A stretch of DNA of 64,000 nt from Azolla caroliniana (lineage: Eukaryota; Plantae; Polypodiophyta): the NCBI GenBank assembly GCA_043228905.1, contig JBHGNT010000004.1, positions 2,914,001-2,978,000 on the forward strand, in the 5' to 3' direction. The position numbers and the translations under genes were made by a program. The notes below the pieces were generated by a model. That model was not told the origin of the DNA. It made no database searches and saw nothing but the letters and a program-made list of their open reading frames with translations. Within the stretch, counting starts at the first letter, position 1; each line of letters opens with the position of its first letter. Below, piece after piece: positions 1 to 13,972 of the stretch.

Positions 1-46
1 GTCTATGAATTAACAGGCTCTCTCTTCAATGCAATCGAGGAATTTG

Positions 47-90
47 CGTGCGTGTGTGTGTGTGTGTGCGTGTGTGTGTGTGTGTGTGTG
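47..90. repeat. (TG)n microsatellite
   Basis: Run of TG dinucleotides with two CG interruptions; a similar (TG)n run lies at 656-681. Confidence 0.9.
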
Positions 91-3032
91 ATTTCATATA
101 CGAACATGTCCATGCCTTGGACACAATTAGTCAAAGAGGGGTGAGAAAGAAGAGGTGAGATCGATTAATGATAAAAACACGGCATAATAGAGGAGAGAAG
201 AGAAAGGCACCTAGGCATTCTGCTCCTAAAAATGGGTCTACAACACCTATGTTCCACAATACAAAGACTACAAATCATTGAAGTGCCCTATATTAAATTA
301 ACTCTTATGTTATTGAAGTAATTTTTATTATGGAAATTTCCATTGATATCAGAGTGATATTGGATCTAGTTAGTTTCCTACTCGACCCCTTGTCGTTATA
401 CCGAAAATACTCTCTCCCACTTTCCTACCAAAGCTTCGTGAGAAATTTCAACAATAATATTAGAATCGCCGATTCATGCATCTATCAATTGTAACTACAT
501 AGTGCAAGAACATATATATTCACTTTGAAATTGTCAAATATGTGAGACACACCAACAATCGGAGAATACAAACTTTGAACGTTATCTTCTTACACAACCA
601 CCACATACATGCACATATGTACTAGTGAGAATGCAGGCATATAAGCACATCAACTCTGTGTGTGTGTGTGTGTGTGTGTGTCGTAATACCCTAATACATA
701 TCCAAATGTTTACATGTAATATGTATTGATGCCTAATGGTGTTATGCCTATTGGAGGGTAGGAAGTGTGTCCCTCTTTCTCACATTCTTCTACAATTGTC
801 CCTCGTATTTGGATTAATATCATAACAATGTTCATGCAAAGGTACAATCAATGTTGAACTAGGAAGAAGAACATTACAAGGAATAATATCATATCGTTCA
901 ACTTCATACATCCCCACATCCCATCCCATCACATCATTCCGAAATCCACTTCCTCACAAACACTAAAGGTCTAGGAATCGCCATGATCACAAGGCTCTAC
1001 GACACATCTTATGACAAGACACCATATCTTCTTTTATGCAATGCCGATGATGATTGTTGTCATCCTTCAAAAGGAGGGGGGGGTTACAAGAGAAAGTGTG
1101 GTGGTCCACCATTTTACATGTGGAAGTATGGTTGTGAAACTTGTATGAGATGATCCCGAATGTAGGATCGATGGAATAAATTTCTCCTTTACATTTTTTC
1201 GAAAGTGCTCGAGACCTTCCGACAACACACATTTTACGAGTGCCATTCGTGCCCAAGGATCAATGATCGGTCGAGATTTAACGATTCAATTCGATTGTAT
1301 CATGTTTTGATTCGATTCGATTCGATTGTATGGTGTTTGAGTTGTGGAGTCCTACATGTATATATCTCTATGTGGCTTTTGCCCACATCCTAATACAGTT
1401 TCTAACCAAAGTTTGATCTGTCCAAAAACAACTCATTGATTGATATAGTATCCAATATATTTATATGCTTCTACAAAGAATCAAAGAATATATATCTATA
1501 TATGATCGATTGTTTGAGAGACGATCAGGTAATCAAATTAGAATCCCTCGTGAGTTTTGATTATGGATGTGAATAAGGTAAGTGTAAAAAAAAACTATAG
1601 ATAAAAACCAGATCAAATGGGATCGGAACACAGGGATCACAAACATTAGCATTAGGTACATATACAAGGAAGGAATTGATCGAGCGTCTATGGAAGTAAA
1701 TATGCATTCATTATAAGGTTAGGATGTCTCGGGTTCGATAGATAATTAGGTTTAATTTGGCCCTTTCAATTAGATCGATTGTTCTTCTGATGTAGAGATA
1801 CATAGAAATGAGGGAAGTTTTAGATCACTGGATCGAAATCTCTTTACTGAATCAGTCATATGTTGAGTCTAAGTTCGGAATCGCTTGACTAATCAGTCAT
1901 ATGTTGAGTTTAATAAGTATTAGACGATGATAATTTATGTTGTACAATGATGATGATGGATTCCAAAAGGCTAATTCAATTAGGTTATATAGTCTACAAT
2001 AATGCTTGTTGATGTAATGTTGAGCTCTTTCTTTTCATTCTATCATGAGCAACAATGATAGGGTTTTCCATGTAGTTCCCATCCTAATCTTTCTGATAAT
2101 CCAATTATCTTTTTATCCATGTTGCTCTATGATGATGGATTCAAAGAGTCGAGTCTGATCGAATGGATTCCCTGTTGATATTTGTGTTAACTCAACTATG
2201 AGAAATAGTGCTAGGGTTTCTGGTTCCTTGTTAATCTTTCTGTCATGCTAGGGTTTTGTTTGTATTACTCTGTTTACCACAAATAAGCAGAGCTCACACA
2301 TTCTTCAATTTGTAATGAAGCTTTGTTCATCTATTACATTCTTCCATACATCTTTCTCAATGCACTAGGGTATGCAGTTCCCCATGATCTACTTTAATTT
2401 GTTTTGTGTTTTTTTTCTCTCATGTTTATGGATTTCAATGGTTGTCAATAAACCCTAAAACAGTGATAATGGCATATTATCATCATTCCTGTTGAAAACT
2501 GATATTTCTCTGCTGCTGGCTCAGTCTGCACCTTTGCAAGTAAGTTTTCCCTGCCCTTACTCTTCTATTTGGAATAAGTTAATGCTACAACTGGGTAGAA
2601 AACAGGGTTTCAGCCCATTTTATTGAACTTCCATAGGAAAATGAGCTCTCAATTGAGTTAAATTCACCACAAAGGAGGAAGAATGGGTAGCTTTATAAGA
2701 TTGTTTGGTTGATTGTTTCTCATGGAAGCCATGGCTAACTGTCTCAGTAGACTCTTGGATTGACCATTAGACCCTATATCAGTTTCTTGGATTGATGAGA
2801 CCCTAATAATATCCCTATGAAAATTTGTGAGCCTTTATGTAGAGCCTACATCTATGGTTTCTTAGCTATCTTCACTCAATATGTTGTGGTTTGTGTAGCT
2901 AAAGAAGCGTTCAGGGTTTGGGATTAAGTATATACAAGATGATGATATATTCATAGAGATTGCATGTTTTATCTATCAAAATGCAGCACTTTTGGAACAA
3001 AGAAAACATGAGTTTACTTCAAGTTTTCCATC

Positions 3033-3635
3033 AAGATGAGACGCCTTGTCTCTTCGGATCGGTGCTTGGGGAAGGTGATAGGTGTGGCGAGGTATAGTGC
3101 TTTGATCATTCTCTTCAATACCTACATCTAACAAGATAGATGTGTTCAAGATCCTCACTTTGATTGAAATCTACAAGTGCCAGAATTTTTACAAGATAGA
3201 TGTGTTATAGAAGTTATATACCTTTTCATGGTAAGATGAGACGCCTTGTCTCTTCGGATCGGTGCTTGGGGAAGGTGATAGGTGTGGCGAGGTATAGTGC
3301 TTTGATCATTCTCTTCAATACCTACATCTAACAAGATAGATGTGTTCAAGATCCTCACTTTGATTGAAATCTACAAGTGCCAGAATTTTTACAAGATAGA
3401 TGTGTTATAGAAGTTATATACCTTTTCATGGTAAGATGAGACGCCTTGTCTCTTCGGATCGGTGCTTGGGGAAGGTGATAGGTGTGGCGAGGTATAGTGC
3501 TTTGATCATTCTCTTCAATACCTACATCTAACAAGATAGATGTGTTCAAGATCCTCACTTTGATTGAAATCTACAAGTGCCAGAATTTTTACAAGATAGA
3601 TGTGTTATAGAAGTTATATACCTTTTCATGGTAAG
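3033..3635. repeat. Perfect tandem repeat, 3 x 200 bp
   Basis: ACGCCTTGTCTCTTCGG starts at 3041, 3241 and 3441; the ORF track shows identical translations at 200-bp spacing. The sub-repeat ACAAGATAGATGTGTT occurs twice per unit. Confidence 0.95.
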
Positions 3636-4779
3636 CACCAACTACTCAAATTGCTAGAAGTGTAGTCTCATGAAATCTACAACTTTATCACTTCTAGTGA
3701 CAGAGAATGCTTATAATATTTTGTTATGTCTTATGCCTATTTCCATGTTTGCGTGAAAAGATCTATCTCTTTTATGTATTTGCAATGTTGTATAATGCAA
3801 TACTTGGTACAATAGATAGGTAGATAAAGTAGATTCAAATGTATGCTTATTTTCGTGTTTCCATGAAAATATCGCTTTTATGTATTTGTAGTGATGTATA
3901 ATGCTCAATACAATAGATAGGTAGATAAAGCATATTCAAATGTGATTATAGGTTTTTCCTAAAGGTTGAGCATCACCGAAGATTGTGATACTTAGCGTGG
4001 AGAAATTTTCTATAGAAAAACATGCATAGGCAATGAGGGTCCTTGCCAATCCCCAACATCCTATCTCACATCAACGAGAGCATGAGGTAAAGCAAGCGTG
4101 ATCTGTGGTACATATGGTGAACAAGGAGATGGGCTTTGATAGCAAAGATGGACAATGAGACGAGCTCTAGTAGCAAACATGGATGAGTGTGCTTTGCTTG
4201 ATTGAAGAAGAAGATGTTTGTGTAGTTTCAACGGAACGTTATGTAATATAATTTGTGGAATGTGAGCTTCCGCATCTCTCTCAAGCCATAATATTTCGGA
4301 ATCGCAAAAAACCCTCATTCATGGAGGAATCTATTGAGGTAACATGAAGCAAGTGCAGTGCATCCCATCTTCCAAACTATTCTTGCATCCATCTAGAACT
4401 CAAATATCTTGGGTTGTGTCTTTGGAACTTTTTTTCGTGCTTCCCAATCATTTCTAGAAAGTCAATGCGAAGGTTTATGTTGTATCTCTTGTACATATTA
4501 ACCAAGATACACCTTTTTATTTAGAAATATTTAAGGGAAATTTTCCCATGGTACCCCGTTTATCCTCAATATAAAAATTGTTTTTGTCATTCAGTTGATT
4601 AAAGTTCACGGAAGCTTAACCATTTGGTTGTGCCAAATGTAAAGGTATCACATATTGCATGAAGAATGACAAGAACTAAAGCATATAGTTAGACACATGT
4701 CACATAAAATAGAATACATTTTTTATTGTCCATAAGGAGGTCATCTTCTATGTGAGCCTTCCTTAGAAGGGGGGTTACT

Positions 4780-5520
4780 ACTGTGTAATAAAAACTCTCA
4801 CATATGGTGATCATGCATGCTAAAGGATGCGGTATTCATCCTCTGTTAGGTTTTCATTACATATCTTGCATATCTTCATACTTCGGTGATGATGTGATGC
4901 AACCTCAACAATTAATTTATGTGAGCAAGTTCAAAGAAGTGTAAAGCCTCTAGAGAGCCAAGGCTCATTGGGGTACAATAAGATGCAACTACATAAGTTT
5001 TGGCATTTTTACCTTGTATTGGGGGTAACATTTGCAATGTAATATTCCGATTTGGACATTGTAGCATCTAGTGACATCATTCTCAGTGCCTCTAGTAATC
5101 TATCGTCATTGACCACATGCTTCATAGCATCACATGAGAGCTTGAAAGGATATTCTACTTCTCGTCTTTTAATAATATTGTCAAGCACCCAACTAGATAC
5201 GAGGAGATTTTACTCTTATTAGTTTTTTGTACATTAAATCCTATGTTTCAAGTTTGTTTTTGCAATTTGCGATCAGGCATATTCTTGACTTCTCTGATAT
5301 ACTCGTAAATTTTTTGCATGGCTAGCACCTCTATGACTTGAGCACTTGTTTCTAGTAGCATTAGGAATTTGAGGATTTAACTCCCAATATTTGTCTAGGT
5401 AAGAACATTAGGAGTTAGGAGAACCCCACACTTCCACTCCATAAAGTAACACTTGACCACTAGAGCATTTAATAACTTCAATCTCACCTCCCATCCTCGA
5501 ATATCGAATTGGTGGTGAAA
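4780..5520 (-). mobile_element. Degraded non-LTR retrotransposon (LINE) ORF2 3' fragment, non-L1 type
   Basis: Minus-strand translation with frameshifts gives LKLLNAL..VLLYGVEVWG (5421-5480), VQKTNKSKI..SSWVLD and KICKICNENLTEDEYRIL. Same family as the fragment at 16443-17370. Confidence 0.7.
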
Positions 5521-8500
5521 TTCCACGTCCTAGGCTAATTTGGAAAATTTCACTAATTTTAAACAAAATATGCTATACTTAAGATCTTCATCATTTTTAC
5601 ATCCATTTGTGGTATGCTAAATTTAAAAGACTTCATTTTTACCCGAATAATGTTGCTAGAAAAGAGTTAGTTGGGAGATGTAGAGTCGGGGTAAAATGGG
5701 GTTTATTTTAGTTTTGTTGGAGTTAAGGGTCGGATGAGTTTTTGTTGTTTTTGTTTGATAGTTTTGGAGTTGTTCCTCCAAGTTGTATATGTTGATCCCA
5801 TTGTGGATTCGGGTAAACTCTGTTGTATTCTATTTGCTAATTAATGCAAAGTAGTGTTTTTTTTTTTTTGGGGGGGGGGGGGGGGGACTCCATTTCCAAC
5901 CTCCACAACCTCTTGAAGATGGTATTACACAAACCATTGGTTTATCCTCCCCCTTGCATATTCACCACCTATCAACACAATATCATTGACATTTTTATTT
6001 TTATTTTTATTTTTATAAATTTTTACAACAACGTTAGATTTCTTCTTTTATTCATCCACACCATGGAGCACTAGTCTTGTATCAAGAACATAGCCTTGTT
6101 CTTTCATCTGAGAATTCAGAGTGTCTAGTCTTGCATATATATGCTTGCAATCGGGATGCCACTGCTCACGAGGAAAGAATCTATGAATGTCATCATTCAC
6201 CTCAATCATGTTGCATCCTGGTCATTTCTTTACTCCTCAGTTGACCATTGTTTCTCTTAGCATTTTTACATTCCACCTCCCATTTGGCATAAATATTTGA
6301 GAGCAATATATACAGAGCTCCATTATTGGGCCAAGAGAGATACGTAATTTAAGGCCATTTCCCCTCACTAGAACTCCCCTAAACTCCTACTCGCACCAAG
6401 AAGAGTCATCCATATAAGAGTTGAGACACAAAATGGCATACTATAAATAAGGTCGTTGGCCACATCATTGACATTTTACCTATCTATATCACAAATTGAG
6501 GTGCACCCATGCCTTTCCTCAAAAAACACCTTTATATTGGAAAATCTCTTCCAACTAAGATTGCTCTATTCATAGCTCCCCATGAGTTCCCACTACCTAA
6601 CTGTTTGCATCTAGCATGATGTCACATGCATTATCATCTAACTTTCTTAATTCATGCACGTTTGCAAATGTAAGAAAGGCCTATGTTATCTAAAACACAC
6701 TCGAAATATGGATTGAATATAAGTATGGAAGGGTTCAACAACGTAACCTCACATGATGATGCATGCATTTTTGCATCTAAATATAGTTTTGTCTTTGTAG
6801 GTGGTTCAATTTCAGGCAAAGCTTATAAGCAACATTTGGTTCCTCGTTGCTTATGGGGCTCAAGGGGAGTAGAATAGAATATAAAATGGTTGTTTACCAT
6901 CCACTAGGAGGCCAATTTTGACTTAGTATACGTACCGTACCCATCAAGATGAACCTTCACAATTATATTCATCATGAATATGCCTTCATCCAATATCTCC
7001 ATTGTTTCGGTTAAATCTAGAGAATGATATTAAAATGCCCAAACTATCTTGAAAAAATAAAACATGAGGATCAAAAGTACTATCATGGTCAAAGAGAGGG
7101 AAATCTTCTAAAATTTTGATTCACACCAAGCACTAAGAAACATGCATATTTTCTTTCCAATGTAATACCACAAATTAAACGTGAAACGCATTGTAGGGTT
7201 ATTGGTCTAAACTTGTCTTTGTAATGTTCTACTCCTAAAAAAGGAACGAAAAAGTGGACTAGTAAAGTTTGAAAATAAAAATATTGAATGACCAATTAAA
7301 AAAAGTGACATGAACTTTATATATACACCATCTTAAGAGTCCCATCTCCACTAAGATGCATTACATCAACAAATGGATAAATCGCTACATTTTCTATAAA
7401 TATCTTTGCAAGACAATCATCTAATGACACCAATACGATGATAAGTTGATAACATTATTCAAATTAGCTTAATTAACTTACATATTATGACAAAGTAAGC
7501 TCTTAGGTTATTACTACTCGATTCAAATTAACATTAATTAAGAAGTTTAGGTATCTAAAGTTATTGCATAATTGCGTAATCAAGACTAGGATATATGTAA
7601 AGCGATTTTATTATCACATTCAAAGGTCAAATATGATCTAGGGATCCAACCTTGACGGTCAAATATCTGCGAGTTACATTTGGCTTGGCACTTGCAAGCA
7701 AGGTCATGAAATAGTGAAACTTTTCATTGCGTAATCAATGACTTTTTACTATGATTTATTGATAGCCGTGAAAGTTCTTGGAAATGTAAGTTGAGATGCA
7801 TTAAGAAAAGGTTGTTCCATATACCACTTGAGAGCATATACATCTCGAAAACAATGGATATTGACTTTTCTAAAACGTGTTGAAAGTAAGAAGTTTCGTT
7901 GCAACTTGTTACAACACTTTGGGTGGGAAATTACATATCTTGACATTGATAAAGAATGTCACTTTGATGAATGTGGGCGTGTGCGCATAAATGTAGTTGG
8001 TGAATATGATGCTATATCGAAGAATCCATGGAGCCAAATGTTTCTTACCATGTAGAATGTTGGTAGATACTCCCTATTTTTTTCATTTGGACTAACTTCA
8101 TTCTTGAAGTACTCAAAGCCAATGAATGCCTCCAAAATTCCTTGAATGTGAGAAGTAAAGGAATCGAGGAACGATATGTAAAGTTAAGAAATAAAATGTC
8201 CAATCAAGGGCACATGGAGAAAACGGACATGATAAATTTTCAATTGTTATGGGAATATACAATTGTGTGATAGAGGGAGATGCATTTAATTCCTTGATGA
8301 GATTAAGACAATATATATGACAATGACCCATGACAACATAAACTCAAAGTTCTCTACCATAAATTCAAGGCTCGAATTGATCATGGCTTATTGTTACCAT
8401 CCAAAATATGATATAGATCAATAGATTCTATTAATTTCCTTATTTTTTTAGTATGACGATAGTATGCATTGCATTATTACTTCATGACTCCCCTTCCATA

Positions 8501-9891
8501 AGAGAGTCAGCTCTATTACAAAGTTCTAAAGAGAGAACAAGTGTTAGTGTTGGTTGTGAGGTGGTAAAGTAGAGGATTCAAATCCCAAGATGATGGTTCG
8601 TTGCTTTTGGTACACATCGACTAACCATTTGCACTACTTTCACCTTCCCATATTCTTTTTGTAAATCATAGAGTCATCTTGGCGTGAGCTCTAATTTCAC
8701 ATCCAGAAAGGTTAGGGCCTGAGGAATTGATCCCGATTTTCTTTTGTGTAGAGGTTGATCCATCATGTACAATGGAATGATTGAGGTTAGTAACATGTGC
8801 CACTACATTGTCAATCAAAATAAGCAATCTTTTGCACAACACAATGCTCTTTGATATTATGTATATCACATGTTGTTTGGAAATTTGGTTGTTGTTCTTT
8901 TCTTCTTTTTTCCAAAAAAATGGTTGTTGTTCTTACATAGCAAGGTTTTTGGAATAAATAAATAGGTGTGTGTGCCTATCTAAACAGATATAACCCCATA
9001 GGGTAAGACGTGTGTGCATGTGTGTATGTTTGTGATACATAGAATTGTTTGTGACAATGTATGAGTTTGCACTTCCACTCACAAAGTCAAAGAATATGTA
9101 CATGTAAGAGTGTGCATGCATCTTTATATGTAAGAGAGAGAGTGTGTGTACATAAATATATGTAACAGAGAGAGAATGTGCATAAATATATCAATTGTAT
9201 GTAAGAGAAAATACAAAGAAATGATTGTGACAATCCTCGGGTAATGTTTGTCACAATACTTTGGTAATTTAGGTAAGATTCATTTCCGCACTATATTATA
9301 TGTTTGAGTTTGTATGATCTTACGTTTGAAACGGTAAAAAATGGGGAGTCAAACTCAATCTTTTGAGAAGAGCAAATTATCTTTACGGTTTCCCGCCCGA
9401 TGTTACCTAAGATAAAAATAAATGTAAAATATTTCCATATTGTAATGGTAACTTGAGGTAACCTTGATTTTGAAAAGGAAATGTACGTCGAAATTTTGAA
9501 CGTCAAGTGTTCAAACTTCCTTTTGCTTATCTTGGGATGAGTAATTTAATCCGGTTTGTGGATCACAAATTCTAGTTATGTTGGTATATAATCCCTCATA
9601 AGGTTTTCATCCAAGACCTTGTTCCACTATATTCTAATAATAATCATATATACACATGTCTTTCTCTCCTATAACCAACAAATTAATATATTTATTCACA
9701 ATCTCGACTAATTGCTATTGTCCTTTGAATGTCTTCAATAATAAACAAAAATAAGGAGTAGATATTCATCTAACCCAATAAAGAGTAGCATTTGTATATG
9801 GTGGGTGTGTGACGTGTCTATACAGTCACATGGTGCATCATCATGACCAACATGTAAAACAAGGTTTTGTATTTGCTTACATCATACTAAG

Positions 9892-10255
9892 ATGATGCTA
9901 TCTAGTACAACACATGTCCACACATCCATATACATCACAATGTGAAGGAGGTACCCTGTGAAATATGTACAATACTACAACTTTTGATAGTGGATGTTCT
10001 AACTTCTCATGCTTGTCTAATAACACATGACCCAAACCCATTATATCACTCCTAGACTCGACTAAATCGCTAATATGATGCTATCTAGTACAACACTTGT
10101 CTATACCCATTTGCATTGCAACATGATGGAGGTTACATTGTGCGATGTGTACTATAATATAGCTTTTGATAGTGGATATTCTAACTTCTCATGCTTTTCA
10201 ACAAATATATGCCCAAAGGCCACAATGTCACTCTGTTTCTAAACTAATCACTAAT
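9892..10255. repeat. Diverged tandem duplication, 2 x ~183 bp
   Basis: ATGATGCTATCTAGTACAACAC at 9892 and 10075; CTTTTGATAGTGGAT(G/A)TTCTAACTTCTCATGCTT in both copies. Confidence 0.85.
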
Positions 10256-11809
10256 GCCTCGATTATCTAAAACAAACACATCCTTCCTTACATCATGATT
10301 TGTGACTATTTCACAACTATGAGATGATTTGCCACATAATTATCTTGAGCACTTGATGTGATTGATGAATGTTATTACACTTTAACAACTTCATGCATCT
10401 CTTGAATATACTTGGTAGGCCCTTGAGTACCTTATGTAGCAATAACTTTATTAGTGATTTGTTTGACAACTAAATTGAAGCATAATACACTCACCATCGA
10501 GATAAATTTGTCTTCAATCCTTGTTGTGAAGCATATATACAAAGGCAAATCTCCTCCACCTTGAAATATGAAAAATGGCAATTCATTTGTTGGCAAGACT
10601 ATGAGCCTAGTAACATGAAATCATTGTTGCAATTACATGAGTCACAAATTACAATGAATTCAAAATGTTGTACATAGAGAACACTTTGTGATAGTGAGTT
10701 AGAAAGATCGAGATTTTCATTATGGGTTTCTCGAATAGAAAAACCTCGGTCATATCCATATAACTTAAATTTTAATTGTACCCATTGTGCATATGAATAG
10801 TATTGACTCATAATCAATAAAATACATGTCAAATGTGTCCTTTATGGTTAAGGTTGCATTGATGACAAAAACTCGTTGCCACGGAAATATCACAAACAAG
10901 TAACCACATTAAGGGCAAAGGCATAGGTAAATACACAAACAAAAATCCCTCTAGTTGATCAATCAATGACCTTCTCACAAAAAGGTTGATTTGAAATTTA
11001 TTGATTCAATTAACATAGTATCGGGGGCTTGGCAACTTTTTATCCTTAAGAAAAAATGAAAAAATAGAAGGCATAAGTTATAACTAAATCCCATGTTCAT
11101 TTGGCGAAAGGAATAAGATGCTCGTGTTATGAAAACGTGATATTATTGATGCACCCTTTGTGAGCCAATTACGGGCCATGGCATTAGTGAACTTCATATC
11201 CAAAACCTTGACCGTTGAATCATTTAGGGTGCTTTGTGATGAGTCTAAAACTACAAAATACACGACAACGATGTGCAAACGTTACAAGTATAAAACAACA
11301 CACAACAAGATTAGGAGTAAATTGTTATGTAGTGGAAGCAGACGTGTGTGGAGCATTTCTCAAAATAGAAGCACACGAGGAATTTCCTAGTCAAGGTGGG
11401 GTGAGCATCATCGAAAGCTCGCGTTTTCTTCCAAAACCTAACGGTGATGAAGCAACATAGCCGAGGAAAGCTATCCCTAGGGCAGACTTTACCTATCTCC
11501 AAAGTATCGGATACGTTCGAGAAGTAGGGTGGGTTTCGGGTGTTTGGGGGTGGCCAAGGTAAGGAACACAATATGCGCGGGCTCATCGCGGGAAGATTTT
11601 GATAGCATGGGTTGGAAGGTTTGGAAATACATAGTCTAATCCAAGTGTGGGCAATTTGCACATGTGCATGTGCATGTGCAATGATATATATAGATAGATA
11701 GATAGATAAGCCATGTACATATATGTATTAACATCAATGGATTTTTATTCCTTTTTTTTTGTTTTGTTTTGTTTATGTTTTCCGAGGGAGGAGGTTACAG
11801 ACTTAGGGA

Positions 11810-12120
11810 TAAATAGAAAATAAACAAATAAAATAAAATAAAATAAAATAAAGCAAAATAAAAACAAGAAAAATAGAATTGGCTAAATAAAATGAATTGA
11901 GCAAAAAAAGAAAGGAGAAAAAACTCCCGTTTTTTGTTTTGCATATTTTTAAAAAAAGAGAGGGAGGATTCAGGAAGGTACATAATGTATGTAAAAAATT
12001 TGAACGAGCGAGGAAATAAAAAATAAAGGAAATAAAAGGAGAGAAGAGAGAGGAAATAAAAAAAATAAAAGGAGAGAGAAAATAAAAAATAAAGGAAATA
12101 AAGGAGAGAAGAGAGAGGAT
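11810..12120. repeat. A/purine-rich low-complexity tract with short AAATAAA/GGAGAGA repeats
   Basis: Repeated AAATAAAAAATAAAGGAAATAAA(A)GGAGAGAAGAGAGAGG-type units upstream of the SMR gene. Confidence 0.7.
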
Positions 12121-12123
12121 ATG

Positions 12124-12130
12124 ACGTGGC
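12124..12130 (+). promoter_or_regulatory. ABRE/G-box-like motif ACGTGGC upstream of SMR gene
   Basis: TGACGTGGC ~350 bp upstream of the ATG, followed by a (GA)n tract at 12249-12285 and TAGGGTTT motifs. Function is inferred only. Confidence 0.3.
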
Positions 12131-12243
12131 ACGGGCGGCGGACATCTCTCTGTCTCTGTCTCTCTCTTCCGCCTGTCTGAAAGCGGACGTCAGAATTCGA
12201 TTACGCGCCATTTTTTTTCTTCCTTCTTCTTCTTCTTCTTCAG

Positions 12244-12289
<46 letters not shown>

Positions 12290-12473
12290 GTAGTTAAAAC
12301 CCCTTTTGCCTCCTCCTGCTATTAATTAGGGTTTCTCCATTTCCTGGCTTTCCTCTGCTTTTGCTTCTTCTTTTTTCTGTTCCCTGTTAGGGTTCCTTGT
12401 TCACTGCCTTCCCAATTCCTCCTCCTGCTCTTATTCAGTGCTCTTCTTCCCCAGCCCAATCCCATCGCCATCT

Positions 12474-13340
12474 ATGCCTCCTTATTTGGGCGGCCATAGC
12501 ATGGACACCCATGCCCGCCTCAGTCTCCGAATCCCTACTGCTTCTATCCCCTCGGGTGGCCTCCGCAGCTTCCAGCCCGAATCTTCCCCCTCCCCCCTGA
12601 ATATCCCTTCGGAATCTTCTCCCCATGCCCGCCTCACCGCCCGAATCCCGGCAGTCTCGATGCCCTCCCCGTCGAATACCCCGTTGGAATCTTCACCATT
12701 TCTGGCTCCGGTGTCTCGGGGAATTCTCTGGGAATCTTCTCAATTGCCCTGCTTCAACATAAGCAGGAGCCATGGAAACTCCGCGGACCAATTGGACCAA
12801 TTTATACGTCTTGCTTCTCATTCTAATCATGAAATCACGGGAGAATTCAGCCGCCAGATTTTCGGTGTCTACTCTAGCGATTCTAGAACGTCCAGCTCTC
12901 CTCCTCCTCCTCCTCCTCCTCCATATTGTCGGAAGCAAGGAAACGGCTATGGCGAAGAAGAATTTAGCCGGGATTTTAGTGGCACCTCCAGTTCTAACAC
13001 TGTCGAATTTAGCGGCGCCTCTAGCTCTAGCTGCGGTGAAGAGAAGTCGGAAGAAGAAGAAGAAGGAGAAGAGGAAGTAAAAGGTGGAGGCGAAGACAAT
13101 GAAGGTTGCTCCACTCCGAGAGCTATGGAGTTTCAGATTCCGAAGCTTTGTTTAATCTGTCCACCTGCCCCCAGGAAACGACAGAGACAACAGAGTAAAA
13201 CCTCATCGCCTTCCATGTCCAGACTTCGGGTTCGTATTAGTAATTCGGGGAAGAAGACTGTTCCGAGCCTTTTTGTTGTGCCCGATTTCACAGCTTTCTT
13301 TCCTCCTATTTCTGCTCACGAGCTCTCATCAGAAGGCTGA
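12474..13340 (+). CDS. SMR: SIAMESE-RELATED (SMR) cyclin-dependent kinase inhibitor, single exon, 288 aa
   Basis: C-terminal SMR motifs in order: CSTP, FQIP, CPPAPRK, FVVPDFTAFF. First ATG at 12474 (the ORF track starts at an upstream GTG). Confidence 0.85.
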   Translation: MPPYLGGHSMDTHARLSLRIPTASIPSGGLRSFQPESSPSPLNIPSESSPHARLTARIPAVSMPSPSNTPLESSPFLAPVSRGILWESSQLPCFNISRSHGNSADQLDQFIRLASHSNHEITGEFSRQIFGVYSSDSRTSSSPPPPPPPPYCRKQGNGYGEEEFSRDFSGTSSSNTVEFSGASSSSCGEEKSEEEEEGEEEVKGGGEDNEGCSTPRAMEFQIPKLCLICPPAPRKRQRQQSKTSSPSMSRLRVRISNSGKKTVPSLFVVPDFTAFFPPISAHELSSEG

Positions 13341-13972
13341 AAATCGATCGGTTCCAATTTCCTCCTCCTCCTTCTTCTTGGACTTGTACTTAATATGATG
13401 ACAGTTAGATCTCTGTGTAGAGGGGCCTTGTAATTGCTCAATACATTCATATAACAGTATAATGAAGGTAAGGTTTACATGAATATATGCATTTTCTCTC
13501 TCGCTCATTGTGTCTGTGTCCTTCCTCTCTATGTATCCATGAAATTAGCTTTATCTGTGTTGTTTCTTAGCAGATTCTAGGGTTCTCCTTTCTCGTTCTG
13601 TATTAAATAAAGCTTTGGGCGGCAAATTAGGGTTATGGAAAGACACAGAGACACAGCTAGGGCTATCTGTGTTGCGTTTTAGCAGGTTCCAGGAGTGGCC
13701 TTCCTCGTCATGTGTGAAGGAAGAAGCCTCGGGTGATTGGGTTTAGGTTTTTATGGAAAGACAGAGACCTACAGGCACCAAAATATGGTCTCTAGAAAGA
13801 AACTCAGTCAAGAGTAGTGTGAATGAAACATAGAGACATGTTTTATGGACATGGAATTACATGGTTTTGGGACAGTCTCGTGATGGGATGGGCGGGCCGG
13901 TCCTCGTCTCGAAGTGTCGGGGTCAATGGGTATGGGTTCTTTGATTGATGTGCTATGTTTGTCCATCATATA

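Noticed and set aside
1245-1330. Clustered CGATT motifs resembling hAT subterminal repeats
   Set aside because: No matching terminal inverted repeats, 8-bp TSD or convincing transposase translation found.
2976-3558. Three near-identical 60-67 aa ORFs and a possible CRISPR-like array
   Set aside because: They are by-products of the 200-bp tandem repeat. There are no unique spacers, no cas genes, and the context is eukaryotic.
6000-11700. Many short ORFs in AT-rich intergenic DNA
   Set aside because: No recognisable motifs or consistent exon structure; probably old TE debris that I cannot classify.
11795-12211. F/L/Y-rich ORFs resembling membrane proteins
   Set aside because: Translations of the A-rich low-complexity tract.
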